A stretch of DNA of 62,777 nt, filler included. It is 12 parts of 12 records of this genome, joined end to end, with 100 filler letters (N's around TTAATTAATTAA, not from the genome) between each part and the next. Parts side by side here need not be neighbours in the genome. Positions count along the whole stretch, not along the records: positions 1 to 12,868 come from SRR7504441_17301; positions 12,969 to 19,265 come from SRR7504441_17303; positions 19,366 to 23,038 come from SRR7504441_17315; 9 more parts are not named here. One strand, 5' to 3'. The translations under genes were made by a program, and so were the position numbers. Positions 10,539 through 19,705 of this stretch are shown piece by piece. Below the pieces are notes generated by a model that was not told where the DNA came from, searched no databases, and saw nothing but the letters and a program-made list of their open reading frames with translations. Numbering within the stretch: position 1 is the first letter of the stretch; the number at the start of each line of letters is the position of its first letter.

Positions 10539-12704
10539 ATGCCGAGGCAGCCGAGCTGGTGGCTGCTGCTCGTGTGCGCGGCGGGATTGGGCAGGGCCGG
10601 TGCCGACCCGGCTTGCGTGAACGCGGACAGCTGCGAGCACAACGGAATCTGCCAGCGGGACGGCCGGTGCGTCTGCCGGGACCAGTGGCAAGGCCCGAGC
10701 TGCGGCCAGCTGCGTCTGCTCCCGGCCCCGCGGACCGGGGGGCTACGGCTGGAGGGGTTCGCCACCTGGGGCGGCTCAGTGGTGCGGGACGAGCAGGGCC
10801 GTTACAACATGTTCGCCTCCCGGATCGCCGGTAAGAACTGCTCGCTCTGGCAGCACTGGAGCACCAACTCGCAGATCGTGCGCGCCGTGGCCAATTCGAG
10901 CCTCGGCCCGTTTACGGTGGAGCAAGTGGTGCTCGACTCATTCGCGCACGGACCGACCATTCACAAGAACAGCCCGGCCGCCGGAGGAGGCTGGCTGCTC
11001 TTCCACATCGGCTGCGGCCGGCACAACGGCACCATCCGCGACTGTACCGGGGATGAGGAGCACGGCCGGCATGATACTGCGCAGGCTGTTGGACTGAACG
11101 GAGCGGCGCCGGACGGGGCTAGCCATCTGGGCGGGCAGAGCTACTGCAACCCGGATTGGATGGCAGTGGAGCACGCGCCGGCCCTGACCGGTCCTTGGAG
11201 ACAGCACGGGCCGTTGGTTGACGCGAGCCACTGGAGCCAGTTTGGGGGCGGCGTCACCAACCCGGCCCCGTTTGTATTCGGCAACGGCAGCGTGCTGCTG
11301 CTGTACCGCGGGCACAAGCCCGAGAAACTGGGGGCGTCGGTGGCTGCTTCGTTCAACGGATCGTACCACAGTGTGGGGACGGTGCCGCTGTTGGAGGACC
11401 CTAACGAGGACCCATACATCTGGGAGGGGCCTGACGGGGTGCTGCATGGGGTCACCCACTGGATGGGGCACGCGCACGGCAGCCGGGCCGGCGGGCGGCA
11501 CATCTGGAGCCGGGACGGGATCCACTGGAAGGTGTCGACAGGGCTGGCGTACACTACTCTGCTCGAGTGGGACGATGGCACCAGCGAGCAGCTGTCGGCG
11601 CGCGAGAGGCCGCAGCTGCTAGTCGAGGACGGCCTGCCCAAGGTGCTGTACAACGGCGTGGACAGCAGCGGGGCCGGGCACACTTTCACTCTCGCCCAGC
11701 CGATCTACCAGGGCGAGCAGCACACAGCGTGGAGGCTGCCGCCCATCGATTGGCAGGCTGGAGGGGTGGTCGGCCCTACTGACCAGTACGCCGTGCGCGC
11801 GTTCGACATGGTGTACTGGCCGCCGGAAGGGCGCTGGTACCTGTACTGCGACCTGGTGCTCTTTGCCAATCCCGAGTGCCCTTCCTCGTTTGGAAGTGAG
11901 ATCGGAGTCTTCTCCGCGGATTCACTCGACGCCCCGTGGACTTATCACGGGATTGCAGTGCACAAAAACGCCTCGCTCGCAGACGCCGGCGGCCTGGCCA
12001 CGCCGACAGCCATTGTGAGTAACGGCACTGTCTTCGTGTACTTCGCTTACGAAGGGCTTCCAGTCGGTGCCGGGCTGCGAGGCATAGGTGGCGCCTCTGC
12101 TGCGCACCCACTCGGACCTTTCAGGCGGATGCGGCCGGTGGCTGAGGCTCCGGCGGGGTGGCACCGGCCTCGGGGTCCTGGCGGGATCCTGGATGACCCG
12201 GAGGTGATGTTGTACGGAGGGAGGTTCCACTTGTTCCACTCTCGAAAGCACGTATCTGACCTGAATTGCTCGACCGGCTCCGAGGTGGTCGACCACTGCG
12301 TCGAGTGGCGAACCTCCGATGACGGGCTGAGCTGGGAGCGGAGGGGCATTCTGCGCCCACCGAGGGTAGGCCCGGCCATGTCGGAGACCATGTCCGCGCG
12401 GGTGTATGGAGACAGGCTGGTGGTGATGACCGATGGCAAGGGGATGGTCGCCTTCACCACGGCGGCTGCCGGGCTGCTCGGCGATGACCCCGCCGCGATG
12501 GCCTGGTCGGAGGGCGAAGCAGTCAACGCGTACGCCGGACTCAATGGGTCGTTCGTCAATGTGGCGCTGCGGGTCCTGCCGGTTGATGCTGCGGAGCCCA
12601 CGCACGCGGCTCTAGGCTGGCACGTGCCGAGTGCCGACCGCGGCGGGGCGTGCCACGGCGGCATGACCTTTGCCGTGTTTCCGCTGAGCAAAGGCCAATC
12701 ATAG
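10539..12704 (+). CDS. Secreted protein: EGF-like domain plus two tandem five-bladed beta-propeller glycoside hydrolase domains (GH43/GH117-like clan)
   Basis: Signal peptide, then Cys-rich EGF (CEHNGIC...CVCRDQWQGPSC). Domain 1 has TWGGSVV, WSTNSQIVRAVA, TNPAP, EDPYIW, RERPQLL. Domain 2 has WYLY..., PWTYHGIAV, ATPTAI, ASAAHPLGPF, DDPEVM. Confidence 0.72.
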   Translation: MPRQPSWWLLLVCAAGLGRAGADPACVNADSCEHNGICQRDGRCVCRDQWQGPSCGQLRLLPAPRTGGLRLEGFATWGGSVVRDEQGRYNMFASRIAGKNCSLWQHWSTNSQIVRAVANSSLGPFTVEQVVLDSFAHGPTIHKNSPAAGGGWLLFHIGCGRHNGTIRDCTGDEEHGRHDTAQAVGLNGAAPDGASHLGGQSYCNPDWMAVEHAPALTGPWRQHGPLVDASHWSQFGGGVTNPAPFVFGNGSVLLLYRGHKPEKLGASVAASFNGSYHSVGTVPLLEDPNEDPYIWEGPDGVLHGVTHWMGHAHGSRAGGRHIWSRDGIHWKVSTGLAYTTLLEWDDGTSEQLSARERPQLLVEDGLPKVLYNGVDSSGAGHTFTLAQPIYQGEQHTAWRLPPIDWQAGGVVGPTDQYAVRAFDMVYWPPEGRWYLYCDLVLFANPECPSSFGSEIGVFSADSLDAPWTYHGIAVHKNASLADAGGLATPTAIVSNGTVFVYFAYEGLPVGAGLRGIGGASAAHPLGPFRRMRPVAEAPAGWHRPRGPGGILDDPEVMLYGGRFHLFHSRKHVSDLNCSTGSEVVDHCVEWRTSDDGLSWERRGILRPPRVGPAMSETMSARVYGDRLVVMTDGKGMVAFTTAAAGLLGDDPAAMAWSEGEAVNAYAGLNGSFVNVALRVLPVDAAEPTHAALGWHVPSADRGGACHGGMTFAVFPLSKGQS

Positions 12705-12868
12705 AGTTGCGTACAAGCGGCAATTCCACATGTCCGATTGTGTGCATACAATCATAATTATAGTCCGTGCACTCATGTTCGTGATTATCATAATGTAACT
12801 AATGATGTAATAACAAAACCTGTTTTCCAAAGGGACTGCTTTTGAAATAAAGATGTCGTCAACCCTTT

Positions 12869-12968
12869 NNNNNNNNNNNNNNNNNNNNNNNNNNNNNNNN
12901 NNNNNNNNNNNNTTAATTAATTAANNNNNNNNNNNNNNNNNNNNNNNNNNNNNNNNNNNNNNNNNNNN
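12869..12968. other. Artificial contig spacer (N44-TTAATTAATTAA-N44); identical spacers at 19266, 23039, 27468, 32184, 36046, 39455, 43253, 50087, 56322, 59593
   Basis: Eleven identical 100-nt blocks with stops in all six frames; genes are truncated at them. Confidence 0.99.
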
Positions 12969-13229
12969 CCCTGAGCGGTGCCGGCAGAGCTTAGAGGTCT
13001 GGACCAGTACCTGTGAGAAGATCGACGCGTGCAAGGAGCAGGCGGGCGCCGGGGGACGGCGCGGGGGGTGAGGGCGGGTCAGATCATGCTGCTGGAGGCG
13101 GAGCTGGAGAGCAAGTCGGGGAAGAAACCCGGGGATGAGATCGATAACAATGTGCTCGAATCCGGCGAGACGGCAAAGCAGTACATAGATCGGATCCGCC
13201 GGGAGGAAAAGGCGGTGGCCGGTTTCTAA
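12969..13229 (+). CDS. 3' end of a hypothetical protein, with GC-AG intron 13042-13082
   Basis: ...EKIDACKEQ|IMLLEAELESK... joins in frame when the 41-nt GC-AG intron is removed; the 5' part is lost at the spacer. Confidence 0.5.
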
Positions 13230-13341
13230 AATTAGCACTGAGCCGTTAATGGCAGCAACTGCAAGAGGAGATCCTGGCGCTGCCGTTAACTTCTATCCAG
13301 TTCGGGGCACAGGAGCCGCGGTCGGATTTAATTAATGTTTA

Positions 13342-16108
13342 ATGCGATCTGCCCGGGAGCAGATTGCCGTTACGAGAGCGGCGGGTGAGGTGGCGCGAGG
13401 GGCAGCTGCTGCAGGCCTTCCGGGTGCGGCACAGCCCCGGTGGCTGGTGACTCAAGGCCAGGCCCATTCAGCTGTGAACCAGGAACTAGGTGGGTTATTT
13501 AAGCCCTGCGCCGGCCGAGCCAGGGCAGCTGCGGGGGCCGGTGAGGAGATCATCCCGCTGACCGAAATCGGGAGGGACGGCGAGCCGGCTGACTCCGACT
13601 CCGAGGAGCAATCCAAGCATCTGGTGGAGGGAGAGCACGACGATGGCGGCGCGAGCGGACTGCCGGCTCTGGACAGCTCGGCCCTCCGGATGGTGCGGGT
13701 TGCGGTTGGCTGGCCGATGCCGTTATGGCAGGTGGATCAGAAGCTCGGGCCGTGCGTCGGCTCTTCGTTTCTGTTGTATCTGGAGGTTTTAGTGACGAAT
13801 GACGGAATTGAGCCTGTTTCAGGTGCTCAAAGTAAACGCTGTGCTGCTCTGCTGCTGGTGCCGGCTGGTGCCGGGTGGGAGGCCGATCCCCGGGGCAGGC
13901 TGGTTGCGCTGATTATTCCCTTCATTCTGTCACCACCTGACACGTTCAAGTGGTCCGAAATCACGGGCAACGGGCTGTACGGGGGAGAAGACCCAGGTGC
14001 TTCCTCTCGGACTAACGGACATTTAACGGACATTCAGGGCTGGATAATTCCTTCTTCTGCACTGGGGCGTACCCGACTGTGATAGATTTGTGGGGGTTTG
14101 CGTATCGAGTGGACGTGCCTGCCATCGCTTGCGAGCCAGTGACAATGTGTGAGTAGGTGGCTTACGCAATCACTTGGATCTTGTGCTTCGGACTTCAGCT
14201 GCTGGTTGCCTCCTAAAAGCCCGGGGCTTGACAGGCCAGCCAGGTCCTCGCTTGGCAGCTGAACGACGCAATCTGCGTCGCCGGGTGCGTTTCATCTCAT
14301 ATTTAATCCCCAACCGCCACGTCTGATGAGACCCTGGGCCAGCCGTGCTGACAGCGACTTTGCGGGGTCCGACGCCGGGAACACGCCGTTTCTGCACTCT
14401 GTGATGTGCTCGCTTTATTTCGGGATTCAGGACACTACAGTGGCGCGGCAGTACGCTCGTGACGTGACCGGCTGCTCGTCGGGCTGAGCTGAAATCTGAA
14501 GCAGGTGCTGGCTATATTAAAGCAAAAGGTGGAGTTCAAGCTGTTGATCGGGGTGTGAGCCGGCCAGTCTCTGCCTGACCTGCCGGCCGCAGGAGTTTCC
14601 TGTCGAGGATGAGGAGGAAGAAGAGCTAATTAATATGAGCTCCGTGGAGCTGATAGGCCGCGCGTTGGGGATTATTCTCTACATCGGTGACAGTGCCGGC
14701 GGCGGCAGCTCAGCCGGAGCAGGGCTCTTCCCGCTGACTTTCGCGGCGATGTATTATCTTTACGAGAACTACGACTCTTTCGGGTTCGCGTACGCTGTTC
14801 CGGCGATGGTAGCCCTGATGAGGTGGCAAGTACCGCCAAACGAGTTGAGCCCTCACAGGACGTTTGTGCCGTTGTTTGGAGTGCCGCTGTTGCTGAAACT
14901 CGAGACACGGGGCGGCAAGAACCTGTTCTGGCAGACCTTAGCTCGGAGTTTTGTGCTCAAGATCTTTATGGTCCGTTGCACGCCGTTGAATGCGGTTCGA
15001 ACGGAAGGCTAGGCGTATTCGATGCTTTACGTGTTTATCATAACTTCGCACGCGGAGAAGATCGGCGTGTGTCGGCAGATCTACATCGGCCAGGGCTTCT
15101 GGCAGCAGCAAGTTGTCGACCTGGCGCTTCTGGTGCCGACTGTTGGGATTAGGCCGACAGGTTGAGTGTAGGTGCTGCTCGATATCGTCGGCTGCTGGTT
15201 CAAGTGGCGGCAGGAGGTTCGGCCACAGTTCGACCAGGCGAGCTTAACACCTTCCTCATAAGGGAATAACCAGTCGGTCACAGGAGGCGCTGGCCGAGCG
15301 TGTGTCGGAGCTGGTCTACAGGTTAACACCTTCCTTATAAGGGAATAACTCGCTGGTAACAGGCAAGGCTATATCTGGACTGCGACCATGTACTCCCCGA
15401 TGCAGGTGCTTGCGCTATGGATTGAACCGTTGCTTGACCGGCCGTTCCAGCCTGCCTTGGGCATCTTGGGGACTGTACTGCTCTACTATCAACACACAGT
15501 CACTGTGGCCATCTCGCAGACACCGCCTCTTGTCGGCTGGAACTACCAGCAGGCACCGCCCTGCCCGTCCCAGTCCGACCGGTGCAGGTCAAGAGAATGT
15601 TCATCAGTGCCATGCTCGCTGTTCAAGTGTTCTCGCTGGTCGCGCCTGCCCGCCCAGCGTGCCTGACACCGGTTAAGGTGCCGGCGTGGACCTTTATTCA
15701 TGTAAAACCGGCCTGCGGACCTTACAACGGTTACCAGTCGCCTTACGACGCAATCAAGTGACTTAAAAATCCCGTTAGATCTCAGCTGGCGGTTCACAGG
15801 TCTCAAATCATGTGGGACTCGCCACACTGGCTCTTCACCGCTTTTTACTGGCTCTCGGGTGCCTCTCCTTGGCAGAGCCCTCCTCTGACTGGAGTGCAGT
15901 GCCCTCGATTGTATGGGCTCTGCTCACGGTGGTAGTGGTGGCCGCTGTCTCGTTCTCTGTCTGCAACGGACTTGTAAGCGGGGCTCGTGCCGGCTGAGAG
16001 GGCGCGCAGGTCAAGACACAGCTGGAGGAGAATTACGAGCAGCTCGACGATAATCATTTCGATAAGTCGCAGCTGCTCAACCGAGCCGAGCTCCGATTGT
16101 GGTACTGA
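13342..16108 (+). CDS. Transmembrane channel-like (TMC) family protein, multi-exon; start uncertain
   Basis: Spliced segments match TMC hallmarks: VDQKLGPCVGSSFLLYL, YIGQGFWQQQVVD, FDQEALAERVSELVYRQGYIWTATMYSP, PACGPYNG, C-terminal EQL..DKSQLL. Many ~40-nt introns. Confidence 0.72.
15238..15283 (+). mobile_element. Introner-like intron copy 1 (GC-AG, 46 nt)
   Basis: gcgagcTTAACACCTTCCTCATAAGGGAATAAccagtcggtcacag; removal restores FDQ|EAL; shares its core with copies 2 and 3. Confidence 0.6.
15322..15362 (+). mobile_element. Introner-like intron copy 2 (GT-AG, 41 nt)
   Basis: gTTAACACCTTCCTTATAAGGGAATAActcgctggtaacag; removal restores LVYR|QGY. Confidence 0.6.
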
Positions 16109-16392
16109 TACTAACTGATACTATAGATCGATAATAGATCGAGATCGATCTAAGAGCCTACACGTAAATAATCATTATACATACAGATATTTCATATAGG
16201 TCTACTACGTGTGCGTGCACGCCAATTGATCATAGATGTAGGTTTAATTATATCAAACGGTATTATAACTAGGAGTGGTGGCTTCTCGATAGCGCTTCAG
16301 AATGAAGCACACTTTAGCGATTCGATCCTATGGACACGACATCAACAGCTTGCAGCCCTGACTACAACATAACAAATACTCCCGCCGATTTC

Positions 16393-18990
16393 TCAGATGT
16401 TGGCGCTCGAGCCCTTGAATCCGTCAATATTGATCGGCTGCTGCGTCGCAGACTCCTCGGACCGGTCAGTGTGCTTATACTTAGCTAGCCGGCGCTGTGG
16501 CAGCTTCATCGCATCTCGTCTGAACGGGTCGCCCAGCTCGCGGGTGCACATGATCTCCACCACACAGGTCTTCTGCTCCTCCATCTGCAGCCTCAGCGCC
16601 TGCGCCCGCCGGTCACACCATCGCTGACCGTAGCCCGAACCTCCTTCAGGGCCGGGCCCACGTCCTCCTTGCGCTCCACCACAATCCCTACCAACCGTTC
16701 AGAGAGCAAGCCACTGCCAAGCCAAACCTTCAGCCATCATGCTCTTAGCCACAGCAGCGAACGACGGATTCTCGAGCTGAGTGCCGATGTAACGATCACC
16801 GAACCAGAGCACCTATCCCAACGCTCGAGGTGGGCACAGCCGCAGCGCAGACCTGATTCTTCTTCTCGGCGCCCCATTGGCCGTTATTGAACACAACAGC
16901 GGTGGTCGGGATCTGCTCGCGGACGCAGGTGAGCACTTCGTTCAGGCTCATCCCCCAGGCTCCGTCTCCCACGTATGCCACGCACGGCCGGTCGGGACGA
17001 GCCACCTGACAGGGCTTAACTCAGCACTGATGATAGACTGGGAGAGTGCACCTTGGCGCCCATTGCAGCAGGGAAGGCGTAGCCGCAGTTGCCGTAAGTC
17101 ATGGCTGCACAAGTCAAGTTAACCCATTATTCCCTTATGCGGAAGGTGCGTTAAGCTACCGGCCAGGAAGGAGCGCGGCTCGTCAAACTCCAGGTACCCA
17201 TTGGAGATCGAGCAAGAGTTGCCTAAACCACCCCCTCACACACACCCAGCGCCACTGCCGCGTACCAATGTCAGTCGCCACTACAGCGTCGCTCGGCATG
17301 GCCTCCCGCAGCGCCGCCAGCGCCTGCACCCGCGTTGGCTTTGTATCGGTTGAGAGCAGTTACCTCGCGTGGCCGAACATTACCCATCAGGCTCTCAGTA
17401 GGGACGCCCTCCGGCGCTTCGGCCGTCATCTGCTCCAACTCCTGCACAGCTATCAGCAGGCCCGAGCCCCGGCCGGGTACCTTCTTCCAGCGAGCCTTGT
17501 GCTCGTGCACCGCCGCCAGCCGCTGCTCCGAATTCTCCAAGCAGGCGATCCTCTGAGCTCGGTTCGCGAGTCTCGTACGAAGCGCGTCAGCTGCCAGCCG
17601 CGCGTCGGCTAGAATCCCAACGGCCGGGGTCTTGGTCAGCCCGATCCGCCGGTGGTCGATCTCCACTTGCACCTAAAAAGCTCTCAGGGCTCGTATTGCA
17701 GGTCGAGGGACCAATTTAGCACTCGAAGGCCAGTAGTCCATTCCATACTGCGGGTTGGTTCCAAACGGCGACATCCGGGTGCCCAGTGCCAGCACCTGGC
17801 CCAGTAGGTCGGCCAGCCGGCCCGCCGCCCGCGGGACACCACGTCGGCCTCGGAGATCTGGCGCATCGCTGCCTTGGAGCCGAGATACCCCAGGGGACCC
17901 ATCGCTAGCTCGTGGCTTGCCGGGAAGGCGTCGTTGTGCAGGTAGGTGGTGCAAACCTTCACCCGCCGGCTCAGCCCGTTCCGACCGAGAAACAACGGAC
18001 CGGTGAAGAGAGCAGCTCCGCGAGCGCCTTAGCAGACTCCATTGCGTTGCCCATCACAACCCCACCGCCCACAAGCAGCACAGGGTTACGCGCGTTGGCC
18101 AGCAGCTCGGCCGCCGCGTCCAGATCGGCCTCGGCCCCCGCCGATCGGCTGGGCAGCTGCGGCCGGCTCAGGGCTGGCCAGGTGCTGTGGCACATTCTCA
18201 GGCGGGATCACGAAATCATTTTCTCCGTAGAAGAAATCCCGGGGGATATTCAGCTGGGTAGGGCCGCACTCGGTCTTGGCGTAGTCAAAGCATCTGGCCC
18301 GGGTGATCTAACGGAATCTAACGGCCCCACACCGTGCGGTGATCTCCGCCATCCTTTGAGGGTTGTTCACGTGGCCCTGGAATTTGGTGCAGTCGGAGAA
18401 CATCGGCAGTTGATCCGCCTCTTGAAACCCGCCGAGCCCTTTTGTCAGGGTGCCAGCCTCCGGCGTGATGGCCACAACCGGCGAGTGCGCCCAGAAGGCG
18501 GCGTACATCCCGGTCACGAAGTTGGATATCCCGGGGCCTGCCGACCATACAGTCACCCATCATGGTTTTAACACTCTCGGCACCGTTCTGAGCCACGCAG
18601 ACGCCGTGCTTGTCCGAAACCCGGGCGTACCCGTCCGCCATGTGCACCGCGTTCTGCTCGTGCTGCCCGCCAGGCTCCGGCCCGCCCTCCTGCCAGCCGG
18701 ACCTGAACAGAGATGAAGCGTATCCCTGCGGCCGGGAAGAGGTCAAGTGCGTCCATGTAGGCCGAGCCGACGATCCCGAAGCAGTCACTCACCCGGCGCG
18801 ACCGGAGCGTCTCGACGAACGCCTCAGAGTTGGTCATGAGACCCTGCTCCACCTCGTCCGTGGCCGGGTGGGCGGCCGCCGCGACGGCGGGCTGGGCGGC
18901 GGGGGTGCGCGTGGCCGGCTTGGGGGCCTGGGTGGCTTTGGGGCGGCGGCAGGTCAGCCGGGCTGCGCAGAGGGCGGAGCGGCTGAGCAT
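16393..18990 (-). CDS. xsc: Sulfoacetaldehyde acetyltransferase (ThDP-dependent), 16 exons, N-terminal mitochondrial-type presequence
   Basis: Spliced protein: MTNSEAFVETL..FGIVGSAYMDALDLFPAAGIRF..HEQNAVHMADGYARVS..AQNGPGISNFVT..AAFWAHSPVVAITPE..GLGGFQE..YLHNDAFPASH..GPLGYLGSKAAM..TDIGN..PRSFLAAMTYGNCGYAFP..GDGAWGMS..FNNGQWGAEKKNQ..ELGDPFRRDA. These are Xsc-specific rather than generic acetolactate synthase motifs. All 15 introns are GT-AG (e.g. 18663-18702, 18538-18583, 18294-18332, 17105-17159). Confidence 0.93.
17105..17159 (-). mobile_element. Introner-like intron copy 3 (GT-AG, 55 nt) inside xsc
   Basis: gtagcTTAACgcACCTTCCGCATAAGGGAATAAtgggttaacttgacttgtgcag; removal restores SFLA|AMTYGNCG. 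Confidence 0.55.
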
Positions 18991-19153
18991 GGTGCGGCTG
19001 GGTTGTGTCCCGTACGGCCGCGAACAGGCAGTACGGAGCTCCTCGACGTGTGAAGAGGCGCCACAGAACGCCACGTGTCGTCCGTTAGTGTTAACCTCAT
19101 AGTAATTTCATAGGAATCGCCGCGTGGCGCTGACCCACCTCAGCACTGTGGCA

Positions 19154-19265
19154 ATGCGCGTGCTGGTGCTCAACGCCGGCAGCTCCAGCCTCAAGTCCGT
19201 TGGCCGGGCGGCAGGCCGGGACCGGCCGGGCAGGTGGGCGCTGTTCGGCTCGGGCGGCCTCCGGC
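19154..19265 (+). CDS. ackA: Acetate kinase family protein, 5' fragment truncated by contig end; intron 19195-19233
   Basis: MRVLVLNAGSSSLK|WALF after removing a 39-nt GT-AG intron; this is the acetate/propionate kinase N-terminal signature. Only ~24 codons are visible. Confidence 0.8.
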
Positions 19266-19705
19266 NNNNNNNNNNNNNNNNNNNNNNNNNNNNNNNNNNN
19301 NNNNNNNNNTTAATTAATTAANNNNNNNNNNNNNNNNNNNNNNNNNNNNNNNNNNNNNNNNNNNNGGCCCTCCTCGCTGCCCAGTGCCGGTGAGCTCACC
19401 CCCATATCCACCGGGGCATTACCCGACCCGTCCTGCCCGCCTCGCGCACCCTCCCCTTGCCTCCTCATGATCACCGTGTCTCGTCAGTACGGTTTGCGCC
19501 TCGCCGGCTGACCGCCTGTCGCTCCTGGCCGGTGGGCTCTTGGCCTGGCTGTACCCTCCATGCTTGGCTGTCACCCAAGCGGGGACCGGTCAGCCCCCCG
19601 CTCGGCGGCTGGCACTCCTCCGATCTGGGTCATCCCGCATGCCAAGTCATTGCCGATCGCTCCCCCGATCTGCTTGCACGTTGATCGTATGCCCTGCAGG
19701 ACAAG

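Noticed and set aside
13913-13922. Fourth copy of the introner core (TTATTCCCTT, reverse orientation)
   Set aside because: Only 10 nt match, and it reads as plausible TMC coding sequence (LIIPF).
15238-15362. U12-type (minor) introns, suggested by TTAAC/TCCTT sequence
   Set aside because: No RTATCCTT donor, and the motif is next to the 5' end, not at a branch-point position.
4940-19265. A larger sulfur cluster linking the sulfatase contig with xsc-ackA
   Set aside because: They are separated by the spacer at 12869-12968, so linkage is unknown.
16393-19265. Bacterial contamination as the source of xsc/ackA (also cdd, RsmH, PrpD)
   Set aside because: xsc and ackA contain host-type spliceosomal introns; the others share contigs with intron-containing eukaryotic genes.
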